DNA from: Camelus ferus
Lineage: Eukaryota
Direction: 5' to 3'
Assembly: GCF_009834535.1 (NCBI RefSeq)
Contig: NC_045697.1
Location: 7,380,001 to 7,444,000, forward strand
Length of the DNA: 64,000 bases
Notes under the pieces: model-generated
What the model was told of the DNA's origin: nothing
What the model saw: the letters and a program-made list of their open reading frames with translations, nothing else
Database searches by the model: none
Part shown: piece after piece, positions 49,941-63,716 of the stretch
Position numbering within the stretch: the first letter of the stretch is position 1
Layout of the letters: each line of letters opens with the position of its first letter
Position numbers and translations under genes: made by a program

Positions 49941-51855
49941 TGTAATTACAAATACGAGGCTAAAGTGATGCTTTTTATATATGAAAAAAAGAAAAAAACA
50001 AGGCTTAGAACTGCTAGGAAACACATGGGAAGATACAGTAGTATGTGTCGGAGCCTAGACTAGACTCCACAGTTTGCAAGTCCATTGTTCCTTCTGCCCC
50101 ACATAGAAGCTGTATTGGTATGGTAACCAATAGAAAGGTTTGGGAAATACATGAGGCTAAATTAAGAGATATAAGTTTATACTACAAGAGGTGATAAGGC
50201 TGTTTTCTTTTGCACTGTTCAGACCAGTAGAGAGAGGTGAAAGGGTGCAGCATCATTTGTCTCAGTCTCCAAATACTGAATTCAGCTGGGCTCTGACGTT
50301 CATGTATTCAAAGGTGGAAATAACTTGTTGTTGCTCCAAGTGGGTTCAGGCTTGGGCAGAAAGACACTGATTGATGAGGATGGCTCAGCATTTCCATGTT
50401 CTCTTACTAAACAAGATGTGTAGGTTGTGTAGTCACACAGATCTCTTACCAAGAGCTGCCTTAGGGATACTGGCCAAGAATAGATCTCTTGTGAAATTCA
50501 TTCAGGGATAGGAGATATCAGTGACACCAACTCAGGATTTATTTCTCACTAAAAGGCAACTTGAGGTGATGTCACACATAGAAATTAGATCAGTTCAGTT
50601 CCATTCCCAGCATTGTTTCAATTGAACTTGATGCACAGAGAAAATTAACTCTGATTCAGAGCTATCTCCAGATGGAAGAGTTTTCCAGATGATCACATCC
50701 CACACAGTCCTGCCCTAATCCTATTCCAGTCACTCTCCTTACTGTCCCATCTAGAGGGTGCTCTCATTCCAGATGACAAGACTCCACTCATCTTTGGCCC
50801 TTTTCCTTCCCTGCAAGACCCTGAAACTCCCCCTTCCCTCTATCTATGCAGACTGGTGCAGAAAAAAGTAATGCTCAAAAATAAACTAGTTCATCATAAA
50901 ATGAAAGCAAAATATCATCTTTATTAATGGGGCATCATAGTTTGGAGGATGTAGTTCATTTGTCTTGGTGGGTAGACTCCCTGGTATTGGCCCCGTCTCC
51001 AAATTAGAAAGACTTACCTCCATCCACACATATCACTAGACACCTACAAACCTTTGCTCCTGGGGCGAGAGAATTGTACTATGTATGACAGAGAGGAACA
51101 GAAGAGAACTCAGACTCTTCCAAAAGGAAAAGGAGTTGTGCCAAGTATGCAGTTTATTATTTCCCAAATTACTACAAGATTAGTCATTAGTTTCTCCACG
51201 ATGTAGTGAATAACGGAACAGAGAGGAGCTAGGAGTGTTTCACTGATTGATTGTACTCTGCAAGGAAGGAACCACGGAATCAGGGGAGCATTTCCCTTCT
51301 GCCTTCCTGCACACTTTGCTTGCTCTCCTGGTACTGTGTTTTCTTTGCCCAGTGAGGGGAGCAAAAGCTTGACAAGCGAGTTCTTCACTGACCATGTGGT
51401 CCCTCCTCCGGTGCTGACACTGCCCCTTGGAGGAAACTTCAAGAGTACTGTGAGCAGGGCTGACTTCCCCCAACATCCCATGCTCAAAGAATCTAAAATG
51501 GGTCAGAAGACCACATTAGTTAAATCAACTCTGAGGCTGAAAATGTAACCTCTAGTTGATTTTCTAGTCTCCGTTTTCCCCAGCAACATTGCCCACCGTA
51601 GTCTATTACCAGATCTGTTTTGAGCTTGATTGATAACATAATTATACTCCAGTTACAAAATGTCAATAAAGAGATGGCCCAAATTTGAGTATAAACACTC
51701 TTCTACTGTAATACTACTGGGGGAATATTAAAACAGGGAAGTTAAATTCTTCTATAAGTTAAAATCCAAATATATTAAATTTCCATAGAATTAAGGTCCT
51801 GAATCAATTTTCCTTATGCTTCTGATTTAAAATTCCAAAGATTATAAAGTACTCC

Positions 51856-51926
<71 letters not shown>

Positions 51927-51930
51927 TTTT
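51856..51930. repeat. (TTTA)n microsatellite, about 18 units
   Basis: Uninterrupted tetranucleotide run. Confidence 0.95.
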
Positions 51931-53898
51931 AGTCTATTCAGTCTCAGTTGGAAGGATTCTCAACATATTGGTAGAGACAAGGTTCTTTTAGGACATGAAG
52001 ATTGGGTTCTTTCTTATGGGAAGGAATATATTTCCCTCTCCATGGCCTCAGAACTGCAGAATTGAATTTGTTCAACACTGAGTCTTGGATGTTCCTCATT
52101 ATTTTAAAGACTGCCAGAAGTTGTGAAAAACAAGATGATCACAGTGCTGGCATCATATCCTCAGAATTGGAAAAACAAAGCAATCCCTGCCCCTGAAAGA
52201 GTTATCTCAAACAAAATTGTTTTTAAGCCAATATTTTGTGTTGCCAAAGACCACAGCAGAGACTTATGATTATCCTGAAGGAAGCTGGTTATCTTGGTTG
52301 GGGTCTTGCTGAGAATCCAGGTAGTTTATGCCAATTTTCTGATACCTAAGACTTGGAATTAAAACTCGGGTGGGAAACTCTCTCAGCAAGAGGTTAATTT
52401 TGGCACTACATACTGTATCAATAAAATCCACTTATGAATACGCCTGGTAGCTTAGAATAGCTTTTGCGTTGTTTTCCCACGTCTGCATGGAGCCTCATGA
52501 CTCAGGCAAATAGTGCTTAACTGAATCGGCGCCCTACAAAGTAACATGAAATCCACCACCCTCTCTTATGAGAAGGCGTTTTCTGTCCTGCAATACTGGG
52601 GCTGTTGCTCCTTCATTTATATTTGGAGGGTTTAAAACATTTTACTTTTATTTTATTTTCTACTTGTTTTTGACTTCTTAGAGAGGGTTTTCTCCTGTAG
52701 GAATAATTAAGCGGCACAAAAACAGCTTGACACAAGATGGGGGTGAGAACTGGAGGGTGAATGGCTTGACGCGTGACCCTGTGCAGAAACCGGGGCTAGG
52801 TCCAGCCCTGAAGTTTCCCTCCTTGCCCTTGAATCCTAATTGAAATTGGGGGCAGCTAATGCAGTTTCCAATGTAGGGCTGGTGCTGACAATTTAAAGCT
52901 AGAACTTCCTCTGTGCCCTGTCGCAATTCGCAATTCAATTTGATCAAACACAGCACATAGTCATGTAGCCACTGATGCTGGAAAGTTCTGTAGTGACAAT
53001 CTGTTGTCTCCAATCAAATTCTTGCCTCTGTTTCCTCCTTATAGCAAAGCCTCTGGGGGCAGTCCCCAGTCACCATGATCCCCACTCTTCACAAGCATAG
53101 ACTGAGTGCAGGGCAAGGCTGAGGTTCTAGAACCTGCATCCTGAGGCAAGCCACACATTTGTTGGGGTTTGAGAACCCTGCCCATGTGTTGGGTCATTAC
53201 AGTCACTCCCACCAAAAGCTGCAGTAACTAGCTGAGGTCAAAATACTGCAAAATTTCAACATCACACACCCAAGCCACACATTCATGAAGCCAGTTCTAC
53301 AACTGAAAAATCAGCTGTTGTGCAATGCAGGCTGCAAATCACTAGGATTTAAAAGAAAAATCAACATGGTCTATGCTTAGGAAATGACTAACAAAGCTTA
53401 CAGCCATCTGTTCAAACCATGCCCAAAGCCCAAATCATCCCATGCATAATTTGTTCTACAAACTTTTACACCTTGCTCATTCCTCAAGGTCCATAGCTCA
53501 CACATTAGATTTACTTGAAAGGAGCTAAATCAACAAGATTCCTCTTGGCTGAGACCTTGGTCATGAGCTAACTGAGGAATAAATAGCAAATAGGAGCCAA
53601 AGTATTCCCCTTAATTCATGATAAAGAGTAGATTGGAGGATAAAGTTTACATGTGTGGGCAATTGGACTTACTAACAGGAAACATCAGAATTAGCTACAC
53701 ACTGATCACCCTGCAAGGAAGCAGACTCTGTAAAAGTTACAACGTGGAGGAACAAGGAAGAGTGTGTCCTTTCGCCGCAGCTCCTCCTCAAGAGGATAAA
53801 GAGAGGAACTAAGCTAAGCATGCCAAGTTTCAGTGAGAAAAGTGAGTTCCCCAGCCTCAGAATAGAAAGAGTTGAAGGCAGGCATCTGTGTACATCTG

Positions 53899-53899
<1 letters not shown>

Positions 53900-53949
<50 letters not shown>
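53900..53949. repeat. (ATT)n microsatellite, about 16 units
   Basis: Uninterrupted trinucleotide run; a MER91-like fragment (gtgcagtgcacaa) follows near 54020. Confidence 0.95.
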
Positions 53950-54189
53950 CTGTACGGACTGCATTATTCCATAGGGTCTATTTAAATAGAGTATCTTGTG
54001 AGTGGTGTCCCTAGATTTGTGCAGTGCACAAAGTGGACAACCACACCTCGGTCACTGGTAAAGAGGCCGAAAGAAGCCAGACCATTACATTATTTGAGCC
54101 TTCTTCAAAAGGAAAGAAACATCAGAAGTAGGAAAGAAATATTTTGCCAATATGAAGTGCCTAAGATATTTCTGAATACAAAGATCTCA

Positions 54190-54790
54190 TTCTTTTTTTG
54201 CATATAATAAAATTAACTCATTTTATTTGTGCAATTCAGTAAGTTTTGACAAATGTATACACAAATATAACCACCATTACAGTCAAGATATAGAATGTTT
54301 CCATCATCCCAAAAGATCCCATGTGCTCCTTTGCAGTCAATCTTTCCTACCCCTGGTCCCAGGCAACCACTGTTTCTTTCCTGTTATTAAGATTAATTTT
54401 GCTCACCTTAGAATTTCACGTAAATGGAAAGCATACAATATGCCCCCTTTTGTATTGGGCTTCTTTTGTTTGGCATCTTTTTAAAATTTATCCATGTTGC
54501 TTTACGTATCCAAAGTTTGTTCCTTTTTATTGCTGAAGAGTATTCCATTGTATGGATATGCCACAAAATCTTGATCTGTTTATCTGCTGAGGGGATTTTG
54601 GATTGTTTTCAGTTTGGGGCTATTATGAGTAAAGCTGCTGTGAACATTGGTGTCTATCTTTTGGATAGCACATATGTTCATTTTGTGTGTGTGTGTGTGT
54701 GTGGAAATGCCTAGGAAAGTATTTGTTTAAAAGAAATCACTAACTTTCTTTCCAAAGTAGTTGTACCATGTTACATTCTTATCATCCATC
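54190..54790 (-). mobile_element. Old L1 (L1MB/L1MC-like) 3' end
   Basis: ttttgacaaatgtatacac...cagtcaagatatagaatgtttccatcatccc...ggcaaccactg...cagtttggggctattatgagtaaagctgctgtgaacatt. Confidence 0.85.
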
Positions 54791-55769
54791 TATGAGGAAA
54801 AAAATCTCATTTTTGATTCATTATACAAAGCTTCCTTTATTCCTCGCCATGTTTCTGTACAAGATAAAAGTAGACTGTGTGTTGATTCACTTCTACTTAA
54901 TTTCCTGAATTTACTTGTGACTTTTCTAATTGTGCTCTCCCTGTCATGAGGATGTTGGACGTTAGCCAAGACAACTCAGTTGGACCACCTCACTCTTGTC
55001 ATGAATGGGATTCAACAGTAAGCGATTCCCACTCATTATTTTTTTCTATTTCTCATAAATGCCCAGTAATCTGTGTTTTCCTAAGTTTGCTAACTTAACT
55101 GATTCTATATTTAACCAATACTATTGCTACATTTTTATTCTCCAGTAACCTTCCTCCTGGTCTCCTCTCTTTCTTCCTTTATTCTTTCTCTTTCTCTCTC
55201 TCTCAGTGATAGATAGAAATGGACATAGCCAGATACACCACAATAGTATACCAATGGTTAGCAATCAATAATTACTTTAATGGTAGGGGTATTTTCTATT
55301 TATTTGGTGCATTTTAGTCCTGCACATTAATGTATAATATTATAATGTACAATTTTTAACAAGCTTTGCAAATTTGGATTATGTACCCTCTTGAAAGATG
55401 GAGAAAAAGTGCCTCAGAGAAAGCTAGTAGCTTGAGTTCACACAGCTAATAAGCAGAAGCACACACTCCTGCTGCCCAGTTCTGCCTCACACGGCTGTAG
55501 AGTGTCAGGAAAGGAAGCCAGGGTACTATTTATGCCAATTTTTACAACTTATAAAGGAAATTGAAGCCCATGCTATGTAGATCAAACATATGTTTAATAT
55601 GTAATACGTATCAACTTGCAAACTAGGGAAGACAGAAACCTTATATCAAATTCCTGAAAATATAGAGAGAAAACCCTCTGTCTGGAATTTCTGGTAGCAA
55701 CTACTGCAACTTGGCAGAAGGTGCCTTAAGAAAATATTATTTACTGCTATTCATTACAATTTTTACGTG

Positions 55770-56320
55770 TCCACTCATCCATCCAACGCTTGGACTCTTG
55801 GTTAAGTATCAGCAATCTTGATGCAGTGCTGAGGACACACCGGTGAAAGGGATAAAGAACTGAGTCTGGGTGACACCTGGAATTATAAGACTAGCATTAT
55901 AAATGTATGAGTTTATTGGAATGAGCAAGCTACTGGATGCATTTTCAAAGCTCACTGGTTGCACATAGAGGAAACTTTGATCTGCTTCAGTTAGGGATTA
56001 TGAACCTAGACGCTCAGAGAGGCTGGAAGAGACACCTTTGTTTGAGTTCAATTCATAAGGTTTAGTGGGACCTTTCCTGCTGCGGAAATGAATGGATGGG
56101 GATTCTAGGATTAAGGCACACACTGCATAAATGCAAAGACATACGGTGTTTTTTGAGGAAGAATATAATTTGTCATTATTGGAATATAAAGGATTGGAAG
56201 GGATGGCTATGGGGTGAAAAAGATAAGGAAACAGAAACTTTGGAAACCCATTTAAGAGGTAATTAGGACCTTCTGCAGGTTTCAAGCAGGAAAATTTTAT
56301 GATCATATATGGCTTGTCAT
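55770..56320 (-). mobile_element. L2 LINE relic
   Basis: cactcatccatccaac...tttgagttcaattcataagg...gcaggtttcaagcaggaaaattttatgatc. Confidence 0.5.
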
Positions 56321-57033
56321 TTGCTGCCTACGTATCTAATATTTCTGACAATGTAGATGACATGACCTTAAGCAAAATTAAAATAAAAATAACAAAGATA
56401 GCACTTTACTAAGTACCTACTAAGTACTGGGACCTGCACCCAAGCCTTTCCACATGGCGCCTCTTTTAATCTTTAAGGCAACTCTGTGAAGGAGGTGGTG
56501 GTATGAAGACTTACCTAGGCCCAGAGGAATCAAGGACTTCCACCCTAACAGTTAATAGTGTTAGGGCCAAACTCAGACTGAAGGCTCCTCAGGCTCCAGA
56601 GCCCAGGCTCTCAAAATCTACACTCCATCTGCATTTGTAAATTCTGAACTCCCTTATCTTGTCTGAAAGCAAGACAGTTTACATCAAGGTGGGAGGGGGA
56701 AGAAAGCCGTTCGTAGTTGGAGGAGTCAATTGATGCTGTCAAAGACATCCTGGAACCAAGACCAAAGAACTGAGTAAAAGAAAACACTGGTCAGATATCA
56801 AAATCCAGGTACAGGTGAGCATCCAGCTGGAGTCAGTTCTGGAGACAAAGTGAGACACTGAGGGAGGATGGTGCCAGCCAGAGTCCTAGATGGAGGGTAA
56901 GAACCAGGGTCCAGTTCAGGAGACAACCTGCTTAAGGCTCAGGGTAGTGAGACCAGATATATGAGAAAAGACTTAGATATTGACTAAGTTAATTGAGCAG
57001 ATAGTGTGTACCTATAATAAGACTGAATAATAA

Positions 57034-57517
57034 TGTGAACGAAAAATATTGCAAACCATATCAGTAAACAAAGAATGACAAAACCATCAAGTCCTCAGCG
57101 GCTGCCACCACCCCCCAGGGAAGACAAGCCTGCAGCCCGGCCTCTGCAGCCACTCACCATGGTGCCCTCTGAGGGGACTCAGAATAAGAAAGGACAGGAC
57201 ACTGGCCCTAGATAGCTGGGTGCTTGTCAAAGGAATGAATTCAGTGAGCTCAAATGCTTGCTTCCTCCCATACATAGAAAAGCGCTAAATTCTTTAACTT
57301 GAGATGCCTGGTTTTCTTTAGTTAACAAGTCATCTTTTATTGTTCCAACTACTTGGTCTTTGTTGTAAAACTCCTATATATCTTAGCTCCTCCGCTACCT
57401 CTTTGGAGCCATCCCTCAGAGCCATCTGAGAGGCTGTCATCCCAGCTCGAGTCCTCCTGCTTAAATAAAACAAACGTCATTTTCAACTTTTGGTCTGCAC
57501 GTTTATTTCAGTCGACA
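57034..57517 (+). mobile_element. ERV1-class solo LTR (484 bp)
   Basis: TG...CA termini; ataa (ataataa) on both sides; TATA-like cctatata near 57373 and AATAAA near 57464. Confidence 0.88.
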
Positions 57518-57569
57518 ATAATAACAGTAATAGTGCTAATAATCATATGAAGATAGTAAATTATAATGA

Positions 57570-57800
57570 AAGCAGAGACCCTGAAAAGAGATCGTCTGGG
57601 TTCACTTTGCAGCTTTGTCACCACTAGCTCTGTGACTTTGGGCTGGTTAATCACTGTTTGTCAAGTTTTCTGATGAGTAAAATGGGATTAACAATAGTGC
57701 TTACATTTAAAGGGTTGTTCTGAAGATTAAAGAAGATAATATGTACATATAAAGCATTTATTATAGCAGCTGACACATCCCATAGTGCTTGCTATCATCA
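57570..57800 (+). mobile_element. MIR SINE
   Basis: ctgggttcact...cactagctctgtgactttggg...taaaatgggattaacaatagtg...gggttgttctgaagattaaa. Confidence 0.8.
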
Positions 57801-58791
57801 TTCTTGAAATAACTTTAATGTAATAAAACTGAGTCACAGAGACTCTGTGTTACTTTCCCAAGATTAAACAGCTAATAAGTGATTGAAGTAGGATTTGAAT
57901 TAAGAGTTCCATAATCCCTGCATTTATCTATTATTCATTCAATGCTTCTTCTTTCAGTATGATATGACTTGGGCTTCTTAAAATAATCAAATATTGGTTT
58001 ATAAAACATGACAATCTCAGTTGTATTATCAAATAATATTAGCCAATGACTGAATTTTATTCACTTACCCAGTCATCCATCTCATAGTTTTAAGAATATT
58101 TCTTGTTTTAACAAATGACTGTGTTCACTCATATGATAAAATATTTCACCCATGTGGTCGCTCATTGCTTTTGAAATGCCATCAATCTCTAGTGCTAAGT
58201 TGTATTAATTTTATTATAAATTTGAAATCATGAAAAAGAGACACAGACCCATGCAGCTGTTCACTTCCTCAAGCGACTTGTCTCCATCTGTTGATATCAA
58301 TCCATTCGAGCACCCCTCAGAATCTCTGCCAATAAATTAATAGCCTTTTGTGAAGGTGGCTTTCTTCCTGGGTTCTACCACGTGGCTTTCCCATTACAGG
58401 TGAGATCAACAGCATGCTGTGAAGCAGAGAGTGATCACAAGGTCCAAGGATGAAGCAGAGGGTGAAACTCAACTTTGCCAGTGTGTCATCCTCAGCAGTG
58501 CAGGGGTCCTTCCCTTCTCTTGCTATAAAGTCAGTGGTTTCTGTTAACCAACCGCTCGCTGCCCTCTAAGATCGGAACCCAGCTGGGAGCCCAGAGCCAT
58601 CTCGTCACGCCTGCCGCCAGCCTGTCCTCCACTCACACACACTTAGGATTTTTTAGTGCTCCTGCTCTCCCTCATTGCCCGGATCTTGCATGAACTGTCC
58701 TCTCCTCTTGGGACACTTGCATTTCGCCTCATGTGCCTCCACTGCTGCCAGACCCTGCCCGGGCCAGGCCGCCCCCGCGGACACCTCCCTC

Positions 58792-59168
58792 TGTGCTGCT
58801 TTGCTCGGCTTCTGTAACAAATCGACACAGACTGTGCGGCCCAAACAGCAGGAGTGCAGGTCTCGCAGTCCTGGAAGGGAAGCACCACCGTGGCAGTGGG
58901 GCTGGTCTCTCCGGAGGCGTCTGTCCTTGGCTTGCAGATGGCTCTCCTTCCTGTGCCCTCACGTGGTCCTCCCTCTGTGTCTATGTCCCAATTTCCTTTT
59001 CTTACAAGGACCCCAGTGACATTAGGTTCAGGCCCCCCTAATGACCTTGCTTTACCTTAATGACCTCTTAAAAGATCCTGTCTCCAAGCACAGTCATATT
59101 CTGAGGCCCTGAGCATGAGGATTTCAGCATGTGGGTTGAGGGAAGGGGACACACTTCAGCCTGTAACA
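58792..59168 (-). mobile_element. MaLR solo LTR (MLT1A/B-like), GC-shifted
   Basis: TG...CA termini; perfect 5-bp TSD ccctc (58787-58791 / 59169-59173); ttggcttgcagatgg and cagtcatattctgagg MLT1 motifs. Confidence 0.9.
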
Positions 59169-60859
59169 CCCTCCGCCGCGGGCAAGCCTTCTGCTCGGTC
59201 CTGGAGGGCAGCGCGCCTCCATCAGGCCCGGCTTACCTGTCGTGATTCAGTGTTGACTTGTCGTCCCCTAAGGACTGCAATCGCTCAGGTCATGGCCTGC
59301 CTCCTACCGGTCTTCTTTCTTCAGTTGTGCAGCAACTGACAGTATAGATGAATCGGTGAGTGATCTAGGGGAAAGGAATAAAGTTAATTTAAATACATTA
59401 ATTAAAATATGAACATAAATTTATCTGTGTCTATCTGTTGATCTCCCATGTACTAGTTACCTACTATTATTTAATTAGGAGATTTGATGTCTGCTGGTTC
59501 TTCTATACTTGAAAAATATTAAGTGATTTTGATTTTTTTCATCAACTTTCAAGATAACATTTAGCTTCTTTTTTAAGTATCACTTTCCCTCTCCTTTTAT
59601 TTATTTCTCTTTCCTCTTATTTCCACATATTTTAAAGAAGCTCCTATATAATGTAATTCAGAACAGTTAATACTTGGCTATGAAACAGGGTGCCTGTGAA
59701 TGACTTTCCACATGAGGTATAATTTTCCCAGGAATTTTAAAATGGGGAATTGCAGGGTGTAGGTGGGTGACCTAGAAAAATAATAAACATCCGCTTTGTA
59801 GAGAGCATGGTTAATTCCTGATCCAGGATTCAGTCTGGTCAAAGGCAGCTCTAGGAAGAGGGGGCCATCAAGTTCCATGATTTCTAAACCCCTGTGTTGG
59901 GCATTCTTAAATTTATCTGACTTCATTCATCACTAAGGCCCCTCCCAAGAAGATGGAAGAGACTGGGGAAAAAAACAACAGAAAAGAGGTCTGAGATGAG
60001 AGCGGAGGTGGACAAGGAGAGGCAAAGGGCCTGATGAGTGAGACCCCTGCTCCATCTGTAAATCTCTCGCGCCCCCATCAGCCACCCTCGCAGCACAGGG
60101 CAGTGTTTGCTTCAGGTGTTTAATGAACTCATGAGAGATCAATAGCCCACTACAGACAACTGACACTTTCCCCCGATTCAGTCTAGTGTTTTAATTCCCC
60201 ATTAATTCTGATGATGTAAACTCTGTGATCAGCTTGGTAAATATCCACTCACAAGTGGTGATAAAGTGTAAGAAATTTCATCCTCTCAGACCTCTGAACC
60301 CTACTGAGTTTGGCACTTCATTGGTGCCCATGGCTGTGAGAAATTACCTTTCCAGCTCCCCAGCTGGTAAGGTCATGTCTTTAACCAATTTCAGGGTCAG
60401 GGTATTTTTTTCAGCACATTTCTCCCACAAACGCTACATTCCACACACACACGCACACGCACACGCATACATGCGCGCGCACACACACACACACACTAAA
60501 GCATTTATTCTTTTATTAAAAATGTATCAGGTGACCAGTAAATATCCAACATTGAACTGATTTTTTTCAATACACAAGGATAAAAAAATTAGGATCTGAA
60601 TGAATCCAGAAGTGAGAAACGTATGTGTGACCAAATACGTGAACTCGTTTCACTGTCAAGGTGGACTTGAGAAGGTGTATAAAATAATTTCCATAATTTT
60701 TACAGCTAGCCCTCTTAAAAATCATACAGAAAAACCAAATAAACAAAACATGCAAAATAAAAACTCCCAAATAAAAATTCCCTATTATCTATCATTGCAC
60801 CCACCAATATAAATATAATGTGTGCTGTAAATGCTGTCTACGTGTGTATTGTTAAATTT

Positions 60860-61102
60860 TGTTAAAGTCACATAAAAATTAATTTTTACTAATATATCTA
60901 ATTTTATCCAATATAGTCAAAACAGTATTTCAACATTTAATCAATATAAACATTATTAGATACTTTGCATTTTGCTTTTTTTAAATACAGTTGTCAAAAT
61001 CAAATGTGTATTTTATATTTACAGCACATTTCAACTGAGCAAGTAATATTTCAAGCTGTCAATGGCCACTGTTCCCGGCAGCTAACCTATCAGACAGTAC
61101 AG
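60860..61102. mobile_element. hAT-Charlie MITE (MER33/MER3-like)
   Basis: atttcaacatttaatcaatataaa...gtgtattttatatttacagcacatttcaa...atttcaagctgtcaatggccac...gacagtacag. Confidence 0.75.
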
Positions 61103-63716
61103 ATCTGTAATATGCTCTAACAGGGGATTCTGAGTTATATTTACCCAAACCACAAGTATTATCTTCCTTTATATGTATGTTTTCTTTTGATTTGTTTGCT
61201 TGTTTGTTTTCATTTCATGTAATTCCAGCAGCCCATACCATCTAGGTCCAAGGTTTATATTTGGTTGCTTTGAAGAGACCAAAATACTCTACCATGTGTA
61301 TTGGAGAGAACTTTTCCAACAATTTAGCTCTAAGTGTAGGTCAAAGTTTGATTTTTTTAATTCTACGTGAAAGATTTTTATAAAATGCCTAATGGGCCAA
61401 TTCTAGGATTTGCTCCTGGTGAGTATTTTGCAGGATTATCTGTTAAATACAGATAATCACGTTAGATACAGAAAGAAAAAGAAAATCTCCTTAAAGGTCA
61501 CTGGGTTCTTGACTGCCAATTAGCTGACAGTCAACGGAGCGGGTGAAGTTCCCACAGTAAGACTCAATCTTGTTTGAATTCAGCAGAAAGGCACTTAGCA
61601 TTTTGCCAGGAATACTAATTTACCCCCCAGAAGGAGAGATCTGTGAACCACACTACTGGAGAAGATTATTTTTCCTTACCAGGGCGGCGCTTTTTCTCTT
61701 CTAGAGAAACGGCGTCAGGCTCACTCTTGTAATTTGCTCCTCTTGCAGGTCACGCTTGGGACAATTTTTCTTTTGCAAATAGGCCTACTAAAAAGTCTTA
61801 TAGGGAAAAGCATGCAATATGGGTAAAAAGTAGGTTGGCCCCACAGGTGTCATATACAGTCCTTAGGAGTTTGGATTTTACGTGTAACCGCTGAGGATCC
61901 ATGCCTACATCCAAAGAAACAGGTCCAGCTAATTGAACAAATCATCTCAGTAAATCCAGAGTGGAGATACTGAGATTGCTCTCCAAGCGATCCCTAACCT
62001 TCACGACTTTGGGCTTACACTGAATGACGGCATGCAAATGAAAATGCATTCAATCTTCACATACAAATCATGGACAACCTATGTTATTCACCCTCTTTCC
62101 AATATTTCGACAGCTTCTTCCAAGAGCTTGCATTTCTCATAATCCCTTATTAACCTAATATTCTGCTTCTACTCAATTCTCCCATCTGGTTTCTTCTAGT
62201 TGTTCCCTTTTTGTACCAAATACTAATAAGAACAAAGCAAACCAACAAATAAACAAAAACCACTTGTCCTTTCACTTCTTAAGGCACTGCTCTGATGTGG
62301 TCTTTGCTCCAAGTAGAGTTTAACTGAATTTGGGAAGTTAATGCCAACAAGGAAATAGCAAAGAGCAGATCAAAAACAAAAAAAAATTATAATAATTAAG
62401 TACTAAGTAGCTTCAAGACAGCCAGCCCAAAGATCTATCTTTTGGATGCCTTATCTTCCAGAGTCCCTGCCTCTTATCTGGAACTTGGTCATTTCTTTCT
62501 ATCACAAACCCTTGCATCTCTTTATTTCTGAGAATTCTTACCTTTTCCTTCCTGGACTGCCTATAGAAAACTTATGCTTTTATGCGAAACAATTACATTC
62601 TCCTTACCTTAAGCCTAGACCACCTGGGTCTTAGCCTGAAGATTCTTTCCACACCAAATGTTCATCAACGGGTTTTACTAAAACACCGCTATATTATCTC
62701 TAAAGAATTGTGCTGTTAGCTCTTAAATCATCTCTCCCTCCCACATTTACTCCCAAGCAAACTTTTCAACTATCTCAGAAATAATTCCAGGAACTATAAT
62801 GTATAATGTCATCTAAGATAATGGGGGACTTCCCCCCAAAGATGTAGAGCAGATGTGGCAGCTAGACACGGTACGTTCTCTTCACACACCTAAGACTAAG
62901 TATACAAAATTAAAAATAAACAGTGGGGGTCTCTCTGCAGAGGACGGATGATGTCATTCTAAGTCCTTCCCTGGAAATGCAGATCGTAGTGTAAAATCAT
63001 TGCATTTGCCAAGGAATTCTCTGAATGCTTTCTAGTTAATCACAGGCTCTGGTCCACTTTCTTCAAAAGATATCTCAGAAACACACCTCCCACTTAAAAA
63101 AAAGAAAAAAGAAAGAAAGAGAAAAAAAAATAAAAAAGAAACACTCTACAATTAAATGATTCATTCAAGAAAGCTGCATCCCAGAGGAGAGGTGTCATCT
63201 GCTATCTGTCAAACAATCTGGTTGGAGAATTTTTCCATGGCTGTTACGGACCTTGTGTGAGAAAATGCAGTTTAGACTGGCAGGTTCATGCAAACGCTGT
63301 CAGTCCGCTTTTGTGTTCACAGTGTGCAGCCACTTCTCAGCCTGGAGTGAACCTATGTGGCCTCTAAGTGGACGGTGGGGATGCGGGGCGGCGCCTCGGG
63401 GCTACAACCTTGGCTCAGATACACACTCAGTTCCAACTAGGAGTCATCAGCATTTCAGCACTTTCTCTGGGAGCCAAAAATACATATGGTTTGAAAAGCC
63501 TTGCATATATTTCGGTTACCAGTCTCCTTTGTTTTTCCTAAAATTAAAAAAAAAAAAAGAAAGAAAGAAAAAAGAAAACAGATACAATCTGCTTTCAACC
63601 AATCAATCCGTCTGTGTTGAATGTATGTCTAGAATTCCCCATCCTCTTTTGTGTTTTATCATTACCTACAGAAACTGCTTCATGATAAAAATGCGACAAA
63701 AATGGTTTGCTTCATC

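Noticed and set aside
52497..52505. AP-1 sites (TGACTCA/TGAGTCA) here and elsewhere
   Set aside because: About nine noticed against roughly eight expected by chance in 64 kb; no enrichment.
53820..54014. ORF with a poly-Leu signal or transmembrane-like run
   Set aside because: The poly-Leu is the (ATT)n microsatellite read as TTA codons.
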